Shown here in pieces: positions 1-9,684 of a stretch of DNA of 64,000 nucleotides (position 1 is the first letter of the stretch; the number at the start of each line of letters is the position of its first letter). Made by a program: the position numbers and the translations under genes. Origin of the DNA: Acidimicrobiia bacterium (lineage in GTDB: Bacteria; Actinomycetota; Acidimicrobiia; Spongiisociales; UBA11373); NCBI GenBank assembly GCA_040882645.1, contig JBBEAX010000055.1:3589-67588 (forward strand). The letters are read 5' to 3'. The notes below the pieces were generated by a model. The model was not told the origin of the DNA. It saw only the letters and a program-made list of their open reading frames with translations, and searched no databases.

Positions 1-84
1 ACGCGATACGCGATACGAAGGAAGCGGTGAACGAGTGCGATACGGGTTTGGCGATTCTTGCGGAAGGCGGAAGGCGGGGCGGCC
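1..84. repeat. Heptad-array element, truncated by the window edge: R-class array ACGCGAT x2.4 (1-17) and G-class-like array GGCGGAA x2 (56-84)
   Basis: Direct reading gives acgcgatacgcgatacg, then cttgcggaaggcggaaggcggggcggcc. The reverse complement CCGCCTTCCGCCTTCCGCAAGA matches the array at 13653-13692. It lies just past the 3' end of the 90-626 gene. Confidence 0.7.
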
Positions 85-89
85 TCTGG

Positions 90-626
90 CTATGGACTAT
101 CGACTCCCAAGAAGGGTTGATCCATTTCGTCGAAGGCTCCCTGAAGGGCTTCCAGGGCGTAGCGGTATGGGCCGGATGGCTGATAGCGCTCGCACGGTTC
201 GGCGACGCAGGGCTCCATGCTGAGCAGGTCGACCAGGGTTCCGTCGGCGGCGAAGAAGGCGATGTCGAGCGGCATCAGGGTGTCCTTCATCCAGAAGAAC
301 GAGGTGGTGTCCTCCTCCCACTTGAACAGCATCCCGTCGAGGTCGCCGAGGTCCGTGACCCCCATCAAGCCCTGCGCCCGTTCGTGCGGCTCGGAGGCCA
401 CGGCCACCTCCCACTCCTCCCCCGACACCTCGATCGTCTGGTGCTCGAAAACGTCGAGGGGGTGGGCGACCGCGGCCGTGGTCTCGGTGGTGGGCCCGAT
501 CACCGGCGGAACGGTGGTCGCCCTGGTAGCCGGATCCGGCTCGGTGAGGAGGACTCCCACCGCGATCACCAGCACGACCACCAGGCCGACACCGACTGCG
601 GGCAGGGCCCAGGGACGGGTGGTCAC
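90..626 (-). CDS. DUF192 domain protein with an N-terminal TM anchor
   Basis: Last 178 codons of the 90..1841 minus ORF. TM helix ALPAVGVGLVVVLVIAVGVLL is followed by a DUF192-like core (GLMGVTDLGDLDGMLF, MKDTLMPLDIAFF). GTG at 624-626 overlaps the panB stop as GTGA. The rest of the 583-aa ORF is Arg/Gly/Pro junk antisense or out of frame to panB. Confidence 0.75.
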   Translation of the reverse strand: MTTRPWALPAVGVGLVVVLVIAVGVLLTEPDPATRATTVPPVIGPTTETTAAVAHPLDVFEHQTIEVSGEEWEVAVASEPHERAQGLMGVTDLGDLDGMLFKWEEDTTSFFWMKDTLMPLDIAFFAADGTLVDLLSMEPCVAEPCERYQPSGPYRYALEALQGAFDEMDQPFLGVDSP

Positions 627-1474
627 CCGTCGCTCAACAGCGCTCGGGCAACCTCTTCGGGCATGTGATAGGACTCTTCGTCCGAGGGGAAGTCGCCCTT
701 CTGGACATCCTCGAAGAAGCGGGTGACGGCATCGATGGCTATCGCCCCCAGGTCGGCGTACTGGCGCACGAACTTGGGCACCCGTCCTTCGCCCAGCCCG
801 AGCAGGTCGTGGAAGACCAGTACCTGCCCGTCGACCTTCGGTCCGGCGCCGATCCCGATGGTCGGGGCGCCGACCTCCTTGGTGATCAACTCGGCGAGCA
901 CGTCGGGCACCCCCTCGAGGACTATCGAAAACACCCCGGCGGTGTCGAGCGCCCGGGCGTCGGCGATGAGCTCGCGTGCCGCCTCGATCTGCTTGCCCTG
1001 CACCCGATAGCCACCCATCGCATGCACCGATTGGGGGGTGAGGCCCAGGTGGCCCATCACCGGGATCTCCGCGTCGAGGACCGCCTCGATCATCGGCAGC
1101 CGCTTGCGGCCCCCTTCGAGCTTGACGGCTTCGGCCCCGCCTTGGGCGACCATGCGCCCGGCATTGCGGACCGTCTCCTCCACCGACACGTGATACGACA
1201 TCCACGGCATGTCGCCCACCACGAGGGCGGCCGGCTTGGTGCCCGCAACCGCCCGGGTGTGATGAACCATGTCGTCCATGGTCACGGTCAAGGTTGTCTC
1301 GCGGCCCAGCACCACGTTGGCGAGTGAGTCGCCCACCAGGATGATGTCGGCGCCGGCGGCGTCGGCGATGCGCGCCGAAGGGGCATCGTAAGCGGTGACC
1401 ATCCGCAGCTTGGGGCCGCCCTTGGCGGCGCGCACCTTGGGGGCAGTCTGCTTCTCGCGGGTCTCGTCGCGCAT
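623..1474 (-). CDS. panB: 3-methyl-2-oxobutanoate hydroxymethyltransferase
   Basis: 283-aa ORF with typical PanB motifs (MVTAYDAPSARIADAAGADIILVGDSLANVVLG, KLEGG, GHLGLTPQS, GIGAG). Confidence 0.95.
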   Translation of the reverse strand: MRDETREKQTAPKVRAAKGGPKLRMVTAYDAPSARIADAAGADIILVGDSLANVVLGRETTLTVTMDDMVHHTRAVAGTKPAALVVGDMPWMSYHVSVEETVRNAGRMVAQGGAEAVKLEGGRKRLPMIEAVLDAEIPVMGHLGLTPQSVHAMGGYRVQGKQIEAARELIADARALDTAGVFSIVLEGVPDVLAELITKEVGAPTIGIGAGPKVDGQVLVFHDLLGLGEGRVPKFVRQYADLGAIAIDAVTRFFEDVQKGDFPSDEESYHMPEEVARALLSDG

Positions 1475-1635
1475 TTCTCAGCCTTTCTCCCCACCGGGTT
1501 CCGGTTGGGGGAACATCGCGCGTCTTCGGTTGACTCCCGCCTTCGTGGATCGGCCGCCGAATGGTCGGCCGTACCTGCGGGTACCCGTCCATCATAGGAA
1601 ACCACGGGCAAAGGCCGGCACTACCGTCGCTCCCC

Positions 1636-2112
1636 ATGGCACACAAGGACATCTCGATGACCCCCGCGGAGGTGAGTGCCTTCCTCGAAGCCGGCCACAC
1701 CATCGTGGTCGCCTCACTGGGGCGGGGGGGCATGCCCCATCTGGCACCCATGTGGTACGTGATGGAAGACGGCAAGGTGGTTTTTCGCTCGTTCACCAAG
1801 TCGCAGAAGATCGTGAACCTCCAGCGGGACCCTCGAGTCACCCTCCTCCTCGAAACCGGTGAGAGGTACGCCGAGCTCCAGGGGGTGATGATCCAGGGAC
1901 GGGCCGTGCTGGTCGACGACCCTGCCTACACCCTGGGGATCTACGGGCGGCTCGCCGCCAAGTACGCCATGGTGAGCGACACCCCGGTAGTCCTCGAGGG
2001 TGAGGCCCTGGAGGCCGCGTTCGGGCGCTTTGCCCCCAAGAACACCGCGGTGACCGTCGAACCCCAGCGGATGGTGACCTGGGACCACACCAAGCTGGGC
2101 GGGGGGTATTAG
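1636..2112 (+). CDS. Pyridoxamine 5'-phosphate oxidase-like (PPOX class, probably F420-dependent) protein
   Basis: Split-barrel PPOX-like sequence (HTIVVASLGRGGMPHLAPMWYV, VNLQRDPRVTLLLE). The track ORF starts at 1561; I chose ATG 1636. ATG 1657, with AGGA about 8 nt upstream, is an alternative. Confidence 0.75.
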   Translation: MAHKDISMTPAEVSAFLEAGHTIVVASLGRGGMPHLAPMWYVMEDGKVVFRSFTKSQKIVNLQRDPRVTLLLETGERYAELQGVMIQGRAVLVDDPAYTLGIYGRLAAKYAMVSDTPVVLEGEALEAAFGRFAPKNTAVTVEPQRMVTWDHTKLGGGY

Positions 2113-2134
2113 GCGGCCGGCAAAGCCGGCCGCC
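2112..2134 (+). terminator. Perfect 10-bp GC hairpin (GGCGGCCGGC aaa GCCGGCCGCC) starting at the last base of the stop codon
   Basis: Read directly. There is no U-tract. Similar GGCCGGCC-type hairpins accompany heptad arrays at 9801-9835, 13740-13754, 18012-18030 and 46188-46195. Confidence 0.5.
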
Positions 2135-2256
2135 GCGATTCGCGATTCGCAATTCGCAATTCGAAGGAAGGGCCGGGTCGCTTCGCTCCCGGCCGATTGA
2201 ACGGGCTCTGGAGGTGCTCGGGCGGGGGTTCGCCCTTCGCCATTCGCCTTTCGCTC
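2135..2256. repeat. Heptad-array element: R-class array (GCGATTC x2, GCAATTC x2; 2135-2165), 7-bp hairpin with TCGCTTCGCT loop (2171-2194), TTCGCCN array x4 (2229-2256)
   Basis: Direct reading. The GAAGGAAG junction after the R array is shared with locus 1-25. TTCGCCTTTCGC is shared with 13723-13740. Confidence 0.75.
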
Positions 2257-2311
2257 GATGGTTCTGGCCACGAGACGCCCAGAACTCGCGAAAACTTCCC
2301 AGCCCCTCGAA

Positions 2312-2344
2312 TTGACAATCGTTATATCGAACCGATATAACGAT
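2312..2344 (+). promoter_or_regulatory. Candidate padR promoter/operator: TTGACA (2312-2317) abutting a perfect 12-bp inverted repeat ATCGTTATATCG-aac-CGATATAACGAT (2318-2344)
   Basis: An AT-rich palindrome in GC-rich DNA that ends 7 nt before the padR ATG (2352). TATAAC (2336-2341) lies 18 nt after TTGACA. No SD is visible, so the mRNA is probably leaderless or near-leaderless. Confidence 0.55.
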
Positions 2345-2351
2345 CTACACG

Positions 2352-2882
2352 ATGTTGGACATGGCGATTCTGGGGCTGCTCCGCGAAGGGCCGATGCACG
2401 GGTACGAGCTGCGACAGCGGCTGGTCGACCTGGGCTTTTGGCGCATCTCGTTCGGCTCGGTATATCCGGCGTTGCGCCGGTTGAGCAAGTCCGAGTGGGT
2501 CGAGATCACCCCGGGGGCGGGACGGCGGAAGGAATACCGCATCACCGCCGAAGGCAAGGAGCACTTCCAGCAGATTCTCGAAGACGAGGGTTCCGAGGTG
2601 GAGAACACCACCGCATTTCGGGTACGCCTCGCCTTCTTTCGGTACATGGAGCCGAATGCACGAATCGGCTTCCTCGAGCGGCGCAAGGCCGTACTGCGGG
2701 AGCGGATCGCCACGGCTCGAAACTCGTTGCGCAAGACAGCCGATCGGGTCGACCGGTACACCCACTCCCTGATGGAGCACGGGGTGCGCGCGGCCGAAGC
2801 CGACGTGGCCTGGCTCGACGAACTCATCGCGTCCGAACGAGACGCACCCGATGAGGCGACCGACGCCTCGATGGATTCCTGA
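2352..2882 (+). CDS. PadR family transcriptional regulator
   Basis: 176 aa with an N-terminal winged-helix PadR signature ([25 protein letters not shown]). It sits directly upstream of ino1, as in mycobacteria. Confidence 0.9.
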   Translation: MLDMAILGLLREGPMHGYELRQRLVDLGFWRISFGSVYPALRRLSKSEWVEITPGAGRRKEYRITAEGKEHFQQILEDEGSEVENTTAFRVRLAFFRYMEPNARIGFLERRKAVLRERIATARNSLRKTADRVDRYTHSLMEHGVRAAEADVAWLDELIASERDAPDEATDASMDS

Positions 2883-2899
2883 GGAATAGGGAGGACGAG

Positions 2900-4006
2900 A
2901 TGGGCAAAGTAAGGGTGGCGATTGCCGGAGTCGGCAACTGCGCCAACTCATTGATTCAGGGCGTTTCGTATTACGCGAACGCCGAGGCGGGCACCACGGT
3001 CCCCGGCCTGATGCATGTCGAGCTCGGCGGCTATCACATCCGCGATATCGAGTTCGTGGCCGCGTTCGACGTCGACGCGACCAAGGTGGGCCAGGAGCTC
3101 ACCAAGGCCATGTGGACCGGACCGAACGACACCTACCGCTTCTCCGACGTGGTCGAGACGGATGTGATCGTCCAGCGTGGCCCCACTCTCGACGGTCTCG
3201 GCAAGTACTACCGCCTGACGGTCGAAGAGTCGGTAAGCGAGCCTGTCGACGTCGCCGCCGCCCTGCGGGAATCGAAGGCAGATGTCCTCGTGGCCTATCT
3301 CCCCGTCGGATCCGAGCAGGCGCTTCGCCATTACGCCGAGGCAGCGCTCGAGGCCGGAGTCGGCTTTGTGAACTGCATCCCGGTGTTCATCGCCAGCGAC
3401 CCCGTGTGGGCGCGGCGCTTCTACGACGCCGGACTGCCGATCATCGGTGACGACATCAAGTCGCAGGTGGGGGCCACGATCGTCCACCGCACACTTGCCC
3501 GGCTCTTCGAGGACCGGGGCGTGGTCGTCGAACGGATGAGCCAGCTGAACGTCGGCGGCAACATGGACTTCAAGAACATGCTCGAGCGCGAGCGTCTCGA
3601 GTCCAAGAAGATCTCGAAGACCCAGGCCGTCACCTCCCAACTCGAGAACGGGCTCCACGCCGACGATGTCCACATCGGGCCCTCGGACTACGTGCCCTGG
3701 CTCACCGATCGCAAATGGGCGTACATCCGGATCGAGGGACGGGCGTTCGGTGACGTGCCGCTGACGGCCGAACTCAAGCTCGAGGTGTGGGACTCGCCCA
3801 ACTCGGCAGGCGTCGTGATCGATGCAGTCCGCTGCATCAAGCTGGCCCTCGACCGGGGTGTCGGCGGACCGCTGCTGGCGGCATCCTCGTACTTCATGAA
3901 GAGCCCCCCGGTTCAGTTCCGCGACGACGACGCCCACGACAACGTCGAACGGTTCGCCGCCGGCGAGGATCCGACCAAAGCGGAACTCACCGAGTATCTG
4001 GGATAG
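2900..4006 (+). CDS. ino1: myo-inositol-1-phosphate synthase
   Basis: 368 aa with [26 protein letters not shown] and [14 protein letters not shown], typical of actinobacterial Ino1. Confidence 0.95.
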   Translation: MGKVRVAIAGVGNCANSLIQGVSYYANAEAGTTVPGLMHVELGGYHIRDIEFVAAFDVDATKVGQELTKAMWTGPNDTYRFSDVVETDVIVQRGPTLDGLGKYYRLTVEESVSEPVDVAAALRESKADVLVAYLPVGSEQALRHYAEAALEAGVGFVNCIPVFIASDPVWARRFYDAGLPIIGDDIKSQVGATIVHRTLARLFEDRGVVVERMSQLNVGGNMDFKNMLERERLESKKISKTQAVTSQLENGLHADDVHIGPSDYVPWLTDRKWAYIRIEGRAFGDVPLTAELKLEVWDSPNSAGVVIDAVRCIKLALDRGVGGPLLAASSYFMKSPPVQFRDDDAHDNVERFAAGEDPTKAELTEYLG

Positions 4007-4027
4007 GCCTCGCTGCGCTCGGCCCGG

Positions 4028-4095
4028 CTGCCCGCTACCCGCTTCCCGCTGCCGGCAAGATCGGATTCGGAGCGGGTAGCGGGTAGCGGGTAGCG
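4028..4095. repeat. G-class heptad hairpin: CCGCTAC-type array (4028-4053) and inverted GCGGGTA x3 (4071-4095)
   Basis: CCCGCTACCCGCTTCCCGCT against the reverse complement of the right arm CCCGCTACCCGCTACCCGCT gives 1 mismatch in 20. It lies between the convergent ino1 and nfo. Confidence 0.8.
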
Positions 4096-4117
4096 ATTCC
4101 TCCCGGGCCAGGGATCC

Positions 4118-4879
4118 CTAAGTTCTTGCTCGCAACCAAGCGATATCCGCGCCCTGTTCCGCCGCCCCGCCGGGCGTTTCGACGACGGTGGGAACCCCGG
4201 CTGCCCGGACCACCGAGACCAACAACCCTTCTGGGATCATCCCCTCTCCGAGATTGGCGTGGCGGTCGCGGCTCGAACCGTGCGGGTCGCGCGAATCGTT
4301 GCAGTGGATCAAGTCGAGCCGGCCGGTGAGTCCGCGCACCCGATCGGGCAAGCCGTCCAGTTCCGCCCCGGACGCCCAGGCGTGGCAGGTGTCGATCACC
4401 ACCCCAACATCGAAGGCGCCGATCGCCTCCCACAAGCGCCCGAACCCGTCGATCTCCCGCAGGACCGCATTGCCCCCGCCCGCGGTGTTCTCCAACAGCA
4501 CCGGAACCGTCAACTCGACCGAGTCGAGCGCCTTGCGCCACCGGTCGTACCCGACGGCGACATCCTCATCGTCGCCGACGTGGCCGCCGTGAACGATGAC
4601 CCCGGCGGCGGCAATGGCCCCCGCCGCCGCCAGGGTGTCGGCGAGGATCTTGCGGCTCGGGATCCGAATCCGGTTGTTGGGTGAGGCGACGTTGATGAGG
4701 TAGGGGGCGTGTACGTAGATCGGCAGGCTCGACGCGGCCAGTGCCGCCGCATCGGGGCGGCGAGGCGGCGCCTTCCACGACTGCGGGTTCGACAGGAAGA
4801 TCTGGACGAGGTCTGCATCACGAGCGGCGGCCTCGGACAGCGGCTCGGCGGTACCGACGTGGGCCCCGATCGGGATCAC
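4118..4879 (-). CDS. nfo: Deoxyribonuclease IV / AP endonuclease family 2
   Basis: TIM-barrel endonuclease IV motifs ([40 protein letters not shown]). GTG 4879 was chosen because the upstream 78 codons of the track ORF are Arg/Pro-rich and the GTG overlaps the upstream stop (GTGA). Confidence 0.85.
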   Translation of the reverse strand: MIPIGAHVGTAEPLSEAAARDADLVQIFLSNPQSWKAPPRRPDAAALAASSLPIYVHAPYLINVASPNNRIRIPSRKILADTLAAAGAIAAAGVIVHGGHVGDDEDVAVGYDRWRKALDSVELTVPVLLENTAGGGNAVLREIDGFGRLWEAIGAFDVGVVIDTCHAWASGAELDGLPDRVRGLTGRLDLIHCNDSRDPHGSSRDRHANLGEGMIPEGLLVSVVRAAGVPTVVETPGGAAEQGADIAWLRART

Positions 4880-5496
4880 TCGTCGGGCCCGGCGACTCGG
4901 GGGCGATCGGCCCGCTGGTCGAGGAGGGGAGCCACCATGTGGGCGGGTCGATCCCACTCCTCCGTATACAGGTGGATCCACGGCGGATCGGGTTCGGCAC
5001 CCGATGGATCCGAGGGCAGCAGGCCCATGTCTCGCAGGCGGATCGAGAGCACCGGCACCGGCGCTCCTTCGCTGTCGATCACGCCGGAGCGGACCTCGAC
5101 CACCTCCTCCCACGGAAACAGGCGCGCCCGCCGTCCGGGACCGTCGACCCGGACCGAAATCCCCTCATCGTCCGCCTTCAGCAAGATCGTCGGCCGGACG
5201 AGTTCCTTCAACCCCCAGATCATCGCCGCGGACCCGCCCACCAGGAGGGCCGACCCGACCACCAGGTCACGCCGCCGTTGGGCGCGGCCGTCCTGGGTCC
5301 ACGACTTGGTGACGACATCCACCGACTCGCCGTTCTCGTTGATGGTGGTGCCGACGACAGATTCGGTGAATTCGGGTTCGGGGAACCAGCGATAGGAAAC
5401 CATCATGTCGACCGCCAACAGGATCGCCGGCACCGCAAACGCCGCATACGCCAGCAAGCGAAGAGGTGAACGGGCGATCGAGACGCTGACGGGCAT
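4876..5496 (-). CDS. Hypothetical membrane protein (2 TM helices plus a cytoplasmic domain)
   Basis: Last 206 codons of the 4876..5898 ORF, starting at ATG 5496 ([10 protein letters not shown]). The upstream part of that ORF reads through heptad repeats (RFAMRDAQCAMRDAS) and is not credible coding sequence. Confidence 0.65.
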   Translation of the reverse strand: MPVSVSIARSPLRLLAYAAFAVPAILLAVDMMVSYRWFPEPEFTESVVGTTINENGESVDVVTKSWTQDGRAQRRRDLVVGSALLVGGSAAMIWGLKELVRPTILLKADDEGISVRVDGPGRRARLFPWEEVVEVRSGVIDSEGAPVPVLSIRLRDMGLLPSDPSGAEPDPPWIHLYTEEWDRPAHMVAPLLDQRADRPRVAGPDE

Positions 5497-5530
5497 GGCT
5501 GGAGGGTAGATCAGCAAGCCCCACTTTCGG

Positions 5531-5681
5531 TACGCAATGAGCAATGCGCAATGAGCGACCTGCGGTCCGCGTCCGTGGAAGTTTGACGCGTCGCGCATCG
5601 CGCATTGCGCATCGCGCATTGCGAATCGCCCCCCGGCGCAGACCACTCTTGTCTTGCTACTTGACTCTTGACTCTTGCTAC
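5531..5681. repeat. Composite heptad element: R array (5531-5557), inverted R' array (5588-5629), K' array CTCTTGA-type (5646-5681)
   Basis: The R/R' arms pair with 3 mismatches in 25. The R'+K' part is the inverted counterpart of 9685-9782. The uppS stop TAG (5678-5680) lies inside the K' array. Confidence 0.8.
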
Positions 5682-6490
5682 TTTCCGAACCTGCGCTCTC
5701 GCCGGGTGTAGTCGCGTAGGGCGCGTAAGAAGTCGACCCGGCGGAAGCCGGGCCAGTGGACGTCGACGAACGAGTATTCGGCATACGCCGCCTGCCACAG
5801 GAGGAAGCCCGACAGGCGGGACTCCCCGCTCGTGCGGATGACCAGATCCGGGTCGGGCAGATCGGCGGCGTACAAGTGGGCGGCGATCGCCCCTGCATCG
5901 ATCGAATCGGCTAGTTGCTCGGCCTCCACCCCGTCGGCGGCCAGCTTCGCCACCAGCTCGCGGACCGCGTCCACGATCTCCTGGCGGCCGGTGTAGGCGA
6001 GCGCCAGGTTGAGCCGCCGTCGCCCGCGCGGCGAAGACGCCGACAACTGCCGCGCCGCCTGCTGGAGCCGGTCGGGCAGCAGGTGGATGCTGCCGATGAC
6101 ACCCACCTGCAGGTCCTCGCCTCCGATTGCCGGCAGCCGCTCGAACAGGTCGACCAGGACGTCGTAATACGGCTCTAGTTCGGCCGGAGGGCGTTCGAGG
6201 TTCTCCTGCGACAGCAGCCAGCAGGTCATCACCGGAACGTCGAGGTCACCGCACCACCCGAGGAACTCGGCGAGCTTGTCCATCCCCGCCCGGTACGACG
6301 AGGCGTAGTCGCGAAGGCCGGCGATCCGGGCGAAACGCCGGTGGCCGTCGAGGATCACCCCGACGTGTCGAGGGAGCTTCTCCCGGTCCAGCGATCGAAG
6401 GAGGCGCTCCTCGTAGAGCCGATACAGCGGCCGGGTCAGCACGGTCCTACGCGGCGACGGCCCGGAACGCCTGTCAGCAGGTTCCGTCAT
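5678..6490 (-). CDS. uppS: Isoprenyl transferase (cis-prenyl diphosphate synthase, UppS family)
   Basis: 270 aa from ATG 6490 with HVGVILDGHRRFA and IRTSGESRLSGFLLWQAAYAEY. Which UppS paralogue this is cannot be decided from sequence alone. Confidence 0.85.
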   Translation of the reverse strand: MTEPADRRSGPSPRRTVLTRPLYRLYEERLLRSLDREKLPRHVGVILDGHRRFARIAGLRDYASSYRAGMDKLAEFLGWCGDLDVPVMTCWLLSQENLERPPAELEPYYDVLVDLFERLPAIGGEDLQVGVIGSIHLLPDRLQQAARQLSASSPRGRRRLNLALAYTGRQEIVDAVRELVAKLAADGVEAEQLADSIDAGAIAAHLYAADLPDPDLVIRTSGESRLSGFLLWQAAYAEYSFVDVHWPGFRRVDFLRALRDYTRRERRFGK

Positions 6491-6509
6491 GATCCTGGGG
6501 CGAGTCGCT

Positions 6510-8102
6510 TCATGGAAGCCCACATACATCGATGCCGTCGAGGAACCCAGCCTTGAAGGACTCGAACCGCCTGAAAGCACTCGCGTAGCCCTCCGTGCCC
6601 GCGGGGGCCGAAGTCTGCAGGAAGCCGCTGATGCCCTCGTCGAGATCGCCCGCCGTGAGGATGATCCCGGTCGGGTTGTCCTCGAAGGTGATGGCCGCGG
6701 TCCACACCCCGGTGAGGCAGTCGCGCTGCAGGGTGGCGGGAACTCCCTCGGTCTCGAGGCCGGCCTTGTGCTGCACCGCCTCGTGCCACTGGGTGGCCAG
6801 CACCAACCCGAGGGCAAAGTCGCCGATCTCCGTGTAGAGGCCGGGGAACAGCTGTTCTTCGTCCCAGGCGACGAAGTCCTCCGGCGGGCAGTAGAACACG
6901 TTGCCCTCGTAGAACGCGGTGTCGGAGGTGAATCCACCGCACGATGGAAACTCACCCGACGAGGGGAAGTAGGGCACGGTGCGGTCGACCGGATCCCACG
7001 CCTCGCCGAAAACCTCCGGGTAGACGAGCGCCCAGAACGCCTCGAGCGAGCCGATCAGCTGCGAGGCGGCCTCGGCATAGGGAAGGTCGACGCTCCCATC
7101 CTCTCCGACAAAGGGGACATGGAAGAACGGGGGCGGGGTGGCCTCGAATGTGGCGCAGTGCTCGGTTCCCAGTGAGTAGCCATCGAAGAAAGCACTCAGG
7201 CGCGCGAACGAGTTGCCATGGGCGTTGGCGCCGGTAGGGGCGCTACCGAGGGAGTCGCCGATGAGCACGAAGCCCGCCATCCCTTCCTCGAGGTCGCCAG
7301 CGTCCAACTCGAGGATGTCGCTTTCAAGGCGATCGACTCGCCCGGTCCACGCCCCGGCGAGACAATCGGCCTGCAATTCGGACACGATCGTCGGAACCGC
7401 GTCATCCAATCCGAAGCGAGCCTGGATCGCATGACCCCACTCATGGGCGAGGACGAGGGCGACCGTGAAGTCGCCGTACTCCGCGTAGAGCGGCGCCATC
7501 AGGCCCTCCTGGTCCCACTGCACGCTGTCGTTGAGCTGGCAATAGAACGCGTTGACCTCGAACTGGTCGCGTGACAGGGGACCGCCACAGATCGGCACGT
7601 CGCCTTCGGAGACGAAATAGGGACCGAACGCCGTGACCGGCTCGTAATCCACCCCGAACACCTCCGGCAGCTCGGCACTCCAGAACTGCTCGAGGTCGGT
7701 GATGGTGAAATCGACGAGCGTCTCGATGTCGGTGATCGGTTGGAACCCGCCTGCGGTGGTAGTGGTGGTGTCGCCCGTACTGCGTTGGCAGATGTCCACG
7801 ATCTCGACCACGACGGGATGCGATTCGATGTCGCCCTCCGTCTCGAGGTCGAGGAAGTCCTGGAGCGACATCCGCTCCTGGAACTCGTCGATGGTGCAGC
7901 GGCAGAACGCCACAGTCCCATCGACCGAACACCCCTCGACATACGAATCCACGATCTGGGTCGGATACTCGAACGCGGCAGCGGTCGTCGAGGTGGTGCC
8001 GGCGCCCGTCGTCGTCGTGGTGGTGATGACCGACCCACCATCGTCGCCGCAGGCCGCCGCGACCAACCCCAGGGCGAGTATCAGTACCAGGCTCTTCTTC
8101 AC
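6510..8102 (-). CDS. Lipoprotein with two tandem YpfJ-like neutral zinc metallopeptidase domains
   Basis: GTG 8102 is preceded by GGAGG. The signal/lipobox is KKSLVLILALGLVAAAC, followed by a poly-Thr linker. Domain 1 carries HEWGH. Domain 2 is a clear internal duplicate (EVFG..PV..PYF..CGG..NAFYC..D) but reads ATQWHEAVQH at the same position. Confidence 0.8.
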   Translation of the reverse strand: MKKSLVLILALGLVAAACGDDGGSVITTTTTTGAGTTSTTAAAFEYPTQIVDSYVEGCSVDGTVAFCRCTIDEFQERMSLQDFLDLETEGDIESHPVVVEIVDICQRSTGDTTTTTAGGFQPITDIETLVDFTITDLEQFWSAELPEVFGVDYEPVTAFGPYFVSEGDVPICGGPLSRDQFEVNAFYCQLNDSVQWDQEGLMAPLYAEYGDFTVALVLAHEWGHAIQARFGLDDAVPTIVSELQADCLAGAWTGRVDRLESDILELDAGDLEEGMAGFVLIGDSLGSAPTGANAHGNSFARLSAFFDGYSLGTEHCATFEATPPPFFHVPFVGEDGSVDLPYAEAASQLIGSLEAFWALVYPEVFGEAWDPVDRTVPYFPSSGEFPSCGGFTSDTAFYEGNVFYCPPEDFVAWDEEQLFPGLYTEIGDFALGLVLATQWHEAVQHKAGLETEGVPATLQRDCLTGVWTAAITFEDNPTGIILTAGDLDEGISGFLQTSAPAGTEGYASAFRRFESFKAGFLDGIDVCGLP

Positions 8103-8452
8103 TTCCTCCACCCCTTCCACGGCCCCGGCCGGGGCGCGGTGTCCAGTGTCGTCTCGGCAGTCAACGGTTCGCCATGCAGGTCCCGAATTCGGCCCCACAT
8201 CCAGACGTCGAATGCCTCGGATGAGTCGGCCATGGCTCGTACGGCGGCGGCGGGATCACGACCCTCGGAGAAGATCACCGCAAGGTGGGTGTCGCCGTGA
8301 TCGACGACCGACACCACCTGGCGGGTGATGCCACGCCGCCGTTGCGACTGAGCCCATTCAATGCGGCGGGGTCCCATCAGCTCGGCATGGAAAGCATGCC
8401 ACTCGTCGAGCTTTCCCGCCGCGATGGGCCGGACGGTGATGGTCGCGGCCAC
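8099..8452 (-). CDS. Hypothetical small protein
   Basis: Start chosen at GTG 8452, 4 nt after GGAGGA; the track ORF begins at TTG 8503. The stop overlaps the lipoprotein GTG (GTGA). I recognise no family. Confidence 0.55.
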   Translation of the reverse strand: MAATITVRPIAAGKLDEWHAFHAELMGPRRIEWAQSQRRRGITRQVVSVVDHGDTHLAVIFSEGRDPAAAVRAMADSSEAFDVWMWGRIRDLHGEPLTAETTLDTAPRPGPWKGWRK

Positions 8453-8521
8453 TGATCCTCCAACTGGCTGTGACGCGGCACAGTAGCCAGTCCTCGGATT
8501 CAACTGGGAGCCACCACAGCC

Positions 8522-9631
8522 TCAGCCCACCACTCGCGCGTAGAGCGACCGAAGCCGCCCCGCCCACCGATCCGCGCCGAACTCCTCGTCATACCGCTCG
8601 CGACCGTGCTTGCCCATCGCGGCCCTCTCGTCGGGGTCGCCGGCGAGACTCGCCACCGCGGCGGCAAGAGCGGCCGCATCCCCCGGAGCCACCAGGATCC
8701 CGGCGCCCGGAGTCACGATCTCGGACACCCCACCCACATCTGAGGCGATGACGGGGCGAGACGCGGCGATGGCGTGGATGAGCGCGGTCGGCAGCGCGTC
8801 CGCCAGCGAGGGGTGTACCACCAGGTCGGCGGCCGCCAGGATCCGATCGACGTCCTCCCGAAAGCCGGCGAAGACCACCCGCCCCGGCGGAAGGTCGGCC
8901 GCCAGGGACCGCAATCGGCCTTCCAGCGGTCCGTCGCCCACCAGCAGAAAGACGACGCCGGCAGTGGAACGCGCCGCCTCGAGTAACACCTCGTGACCCT
9001 TCCCCGGGCGCATGACTGCGATCGTGGCGGCAACCACGGCATCGGGGGCGATCCCCAACTCGGCCCGCACCGCGGCGCGGGTACCTTCAAGCGGCTCACC
9101 GGGGTCGGGCACTCCGTTGCGGATCGTCACCACCCGACCGGGTTCCTCGGCGAACTCCTCCAGGTACCAACCCCGCATCGCGTCCGAAACGGCCACCGTG
9201 GCCGCCGCGGTCCGCCTCCGGGACGTCGCCGCGAGGTTCCGCTTGAAGAGGGCGATACCCGAGACATCTCGTTCGATCACATGGAGGGTGGAAACGTGGG
9301 GGATCCCGCTCTGCAAGGCCACCCTGCCCGCGATGAAATCGGCGTGCTTGAGGTGGGAGTGGAGCACGTCAGGCCGTTCGGTTTCGACCAACCGGCGCAG
9401 CCGGCGGGGACCGCGCGGATCCCACCAAGCACGGAGATCGAGCGAGGCCACTCGGGCTCCGGCGGCGCGCAGCAGCTCGGGATAGCAAAGGCCGGCGGTG
9501 GGGAGCATGCTCACCACCGCCAGGTCGATGCCGGCGCCGGCCGCCACCGAGGCCAGGTCGACGAGAACATGCTCGGCCCCACCGGGGCCGAGGTCGTGAA
9601 TCAGATGAAAGACGCGCAGCGGCGAAGTCAC
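8522..9631 (-). CDS. Glycosyltransferase family 4 (GT-B, group 1)
   Basis: 369 aa with N-terminal HDLGPGGAEHVLVDL and C-terminal GT1 motifs (VHPSLADALPTALIHAIAASRPVIASDVGGVSEIV). Confidence 0.9.
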   Translation of the reverse strand: MTSPLRVFHLIHDLGPGGAEHVLVDLASVAAGAGIDLAVVSMLPTAGLCYPELLRAAGARVASLDLRAWWDPRGPRRLRRLVETERPDVLHSHLKHADFIAGRVALQSGIPHVSTLHVIERDVSGIALFKRNLAATSRRRTAAATVAVSDAMRGWYLEEFAEEPGRVVTIRNGVPDPGEPLEGTRAAVRAELGIAPDAVVAATIAVMRPGKGHEVLLEAARSTAGVVFLLVGDGPLEGRLRSLAADLPPGRVVFAGFREDVDRILAAADLVVHPSLADALPTALIHAIAASRPVIASDVGGVSEIVTPGAGILVAPGDAAALAAAVASLAGDPDERAAMGKHGRERYDEEFGADRWAGRLRSLYARVVG

Positions 9632-9684
9632 GGAAAGAGCATCGGCCCGATCTGTCGTGGTCTAAAGAGCGACCCGGGGCGGAA

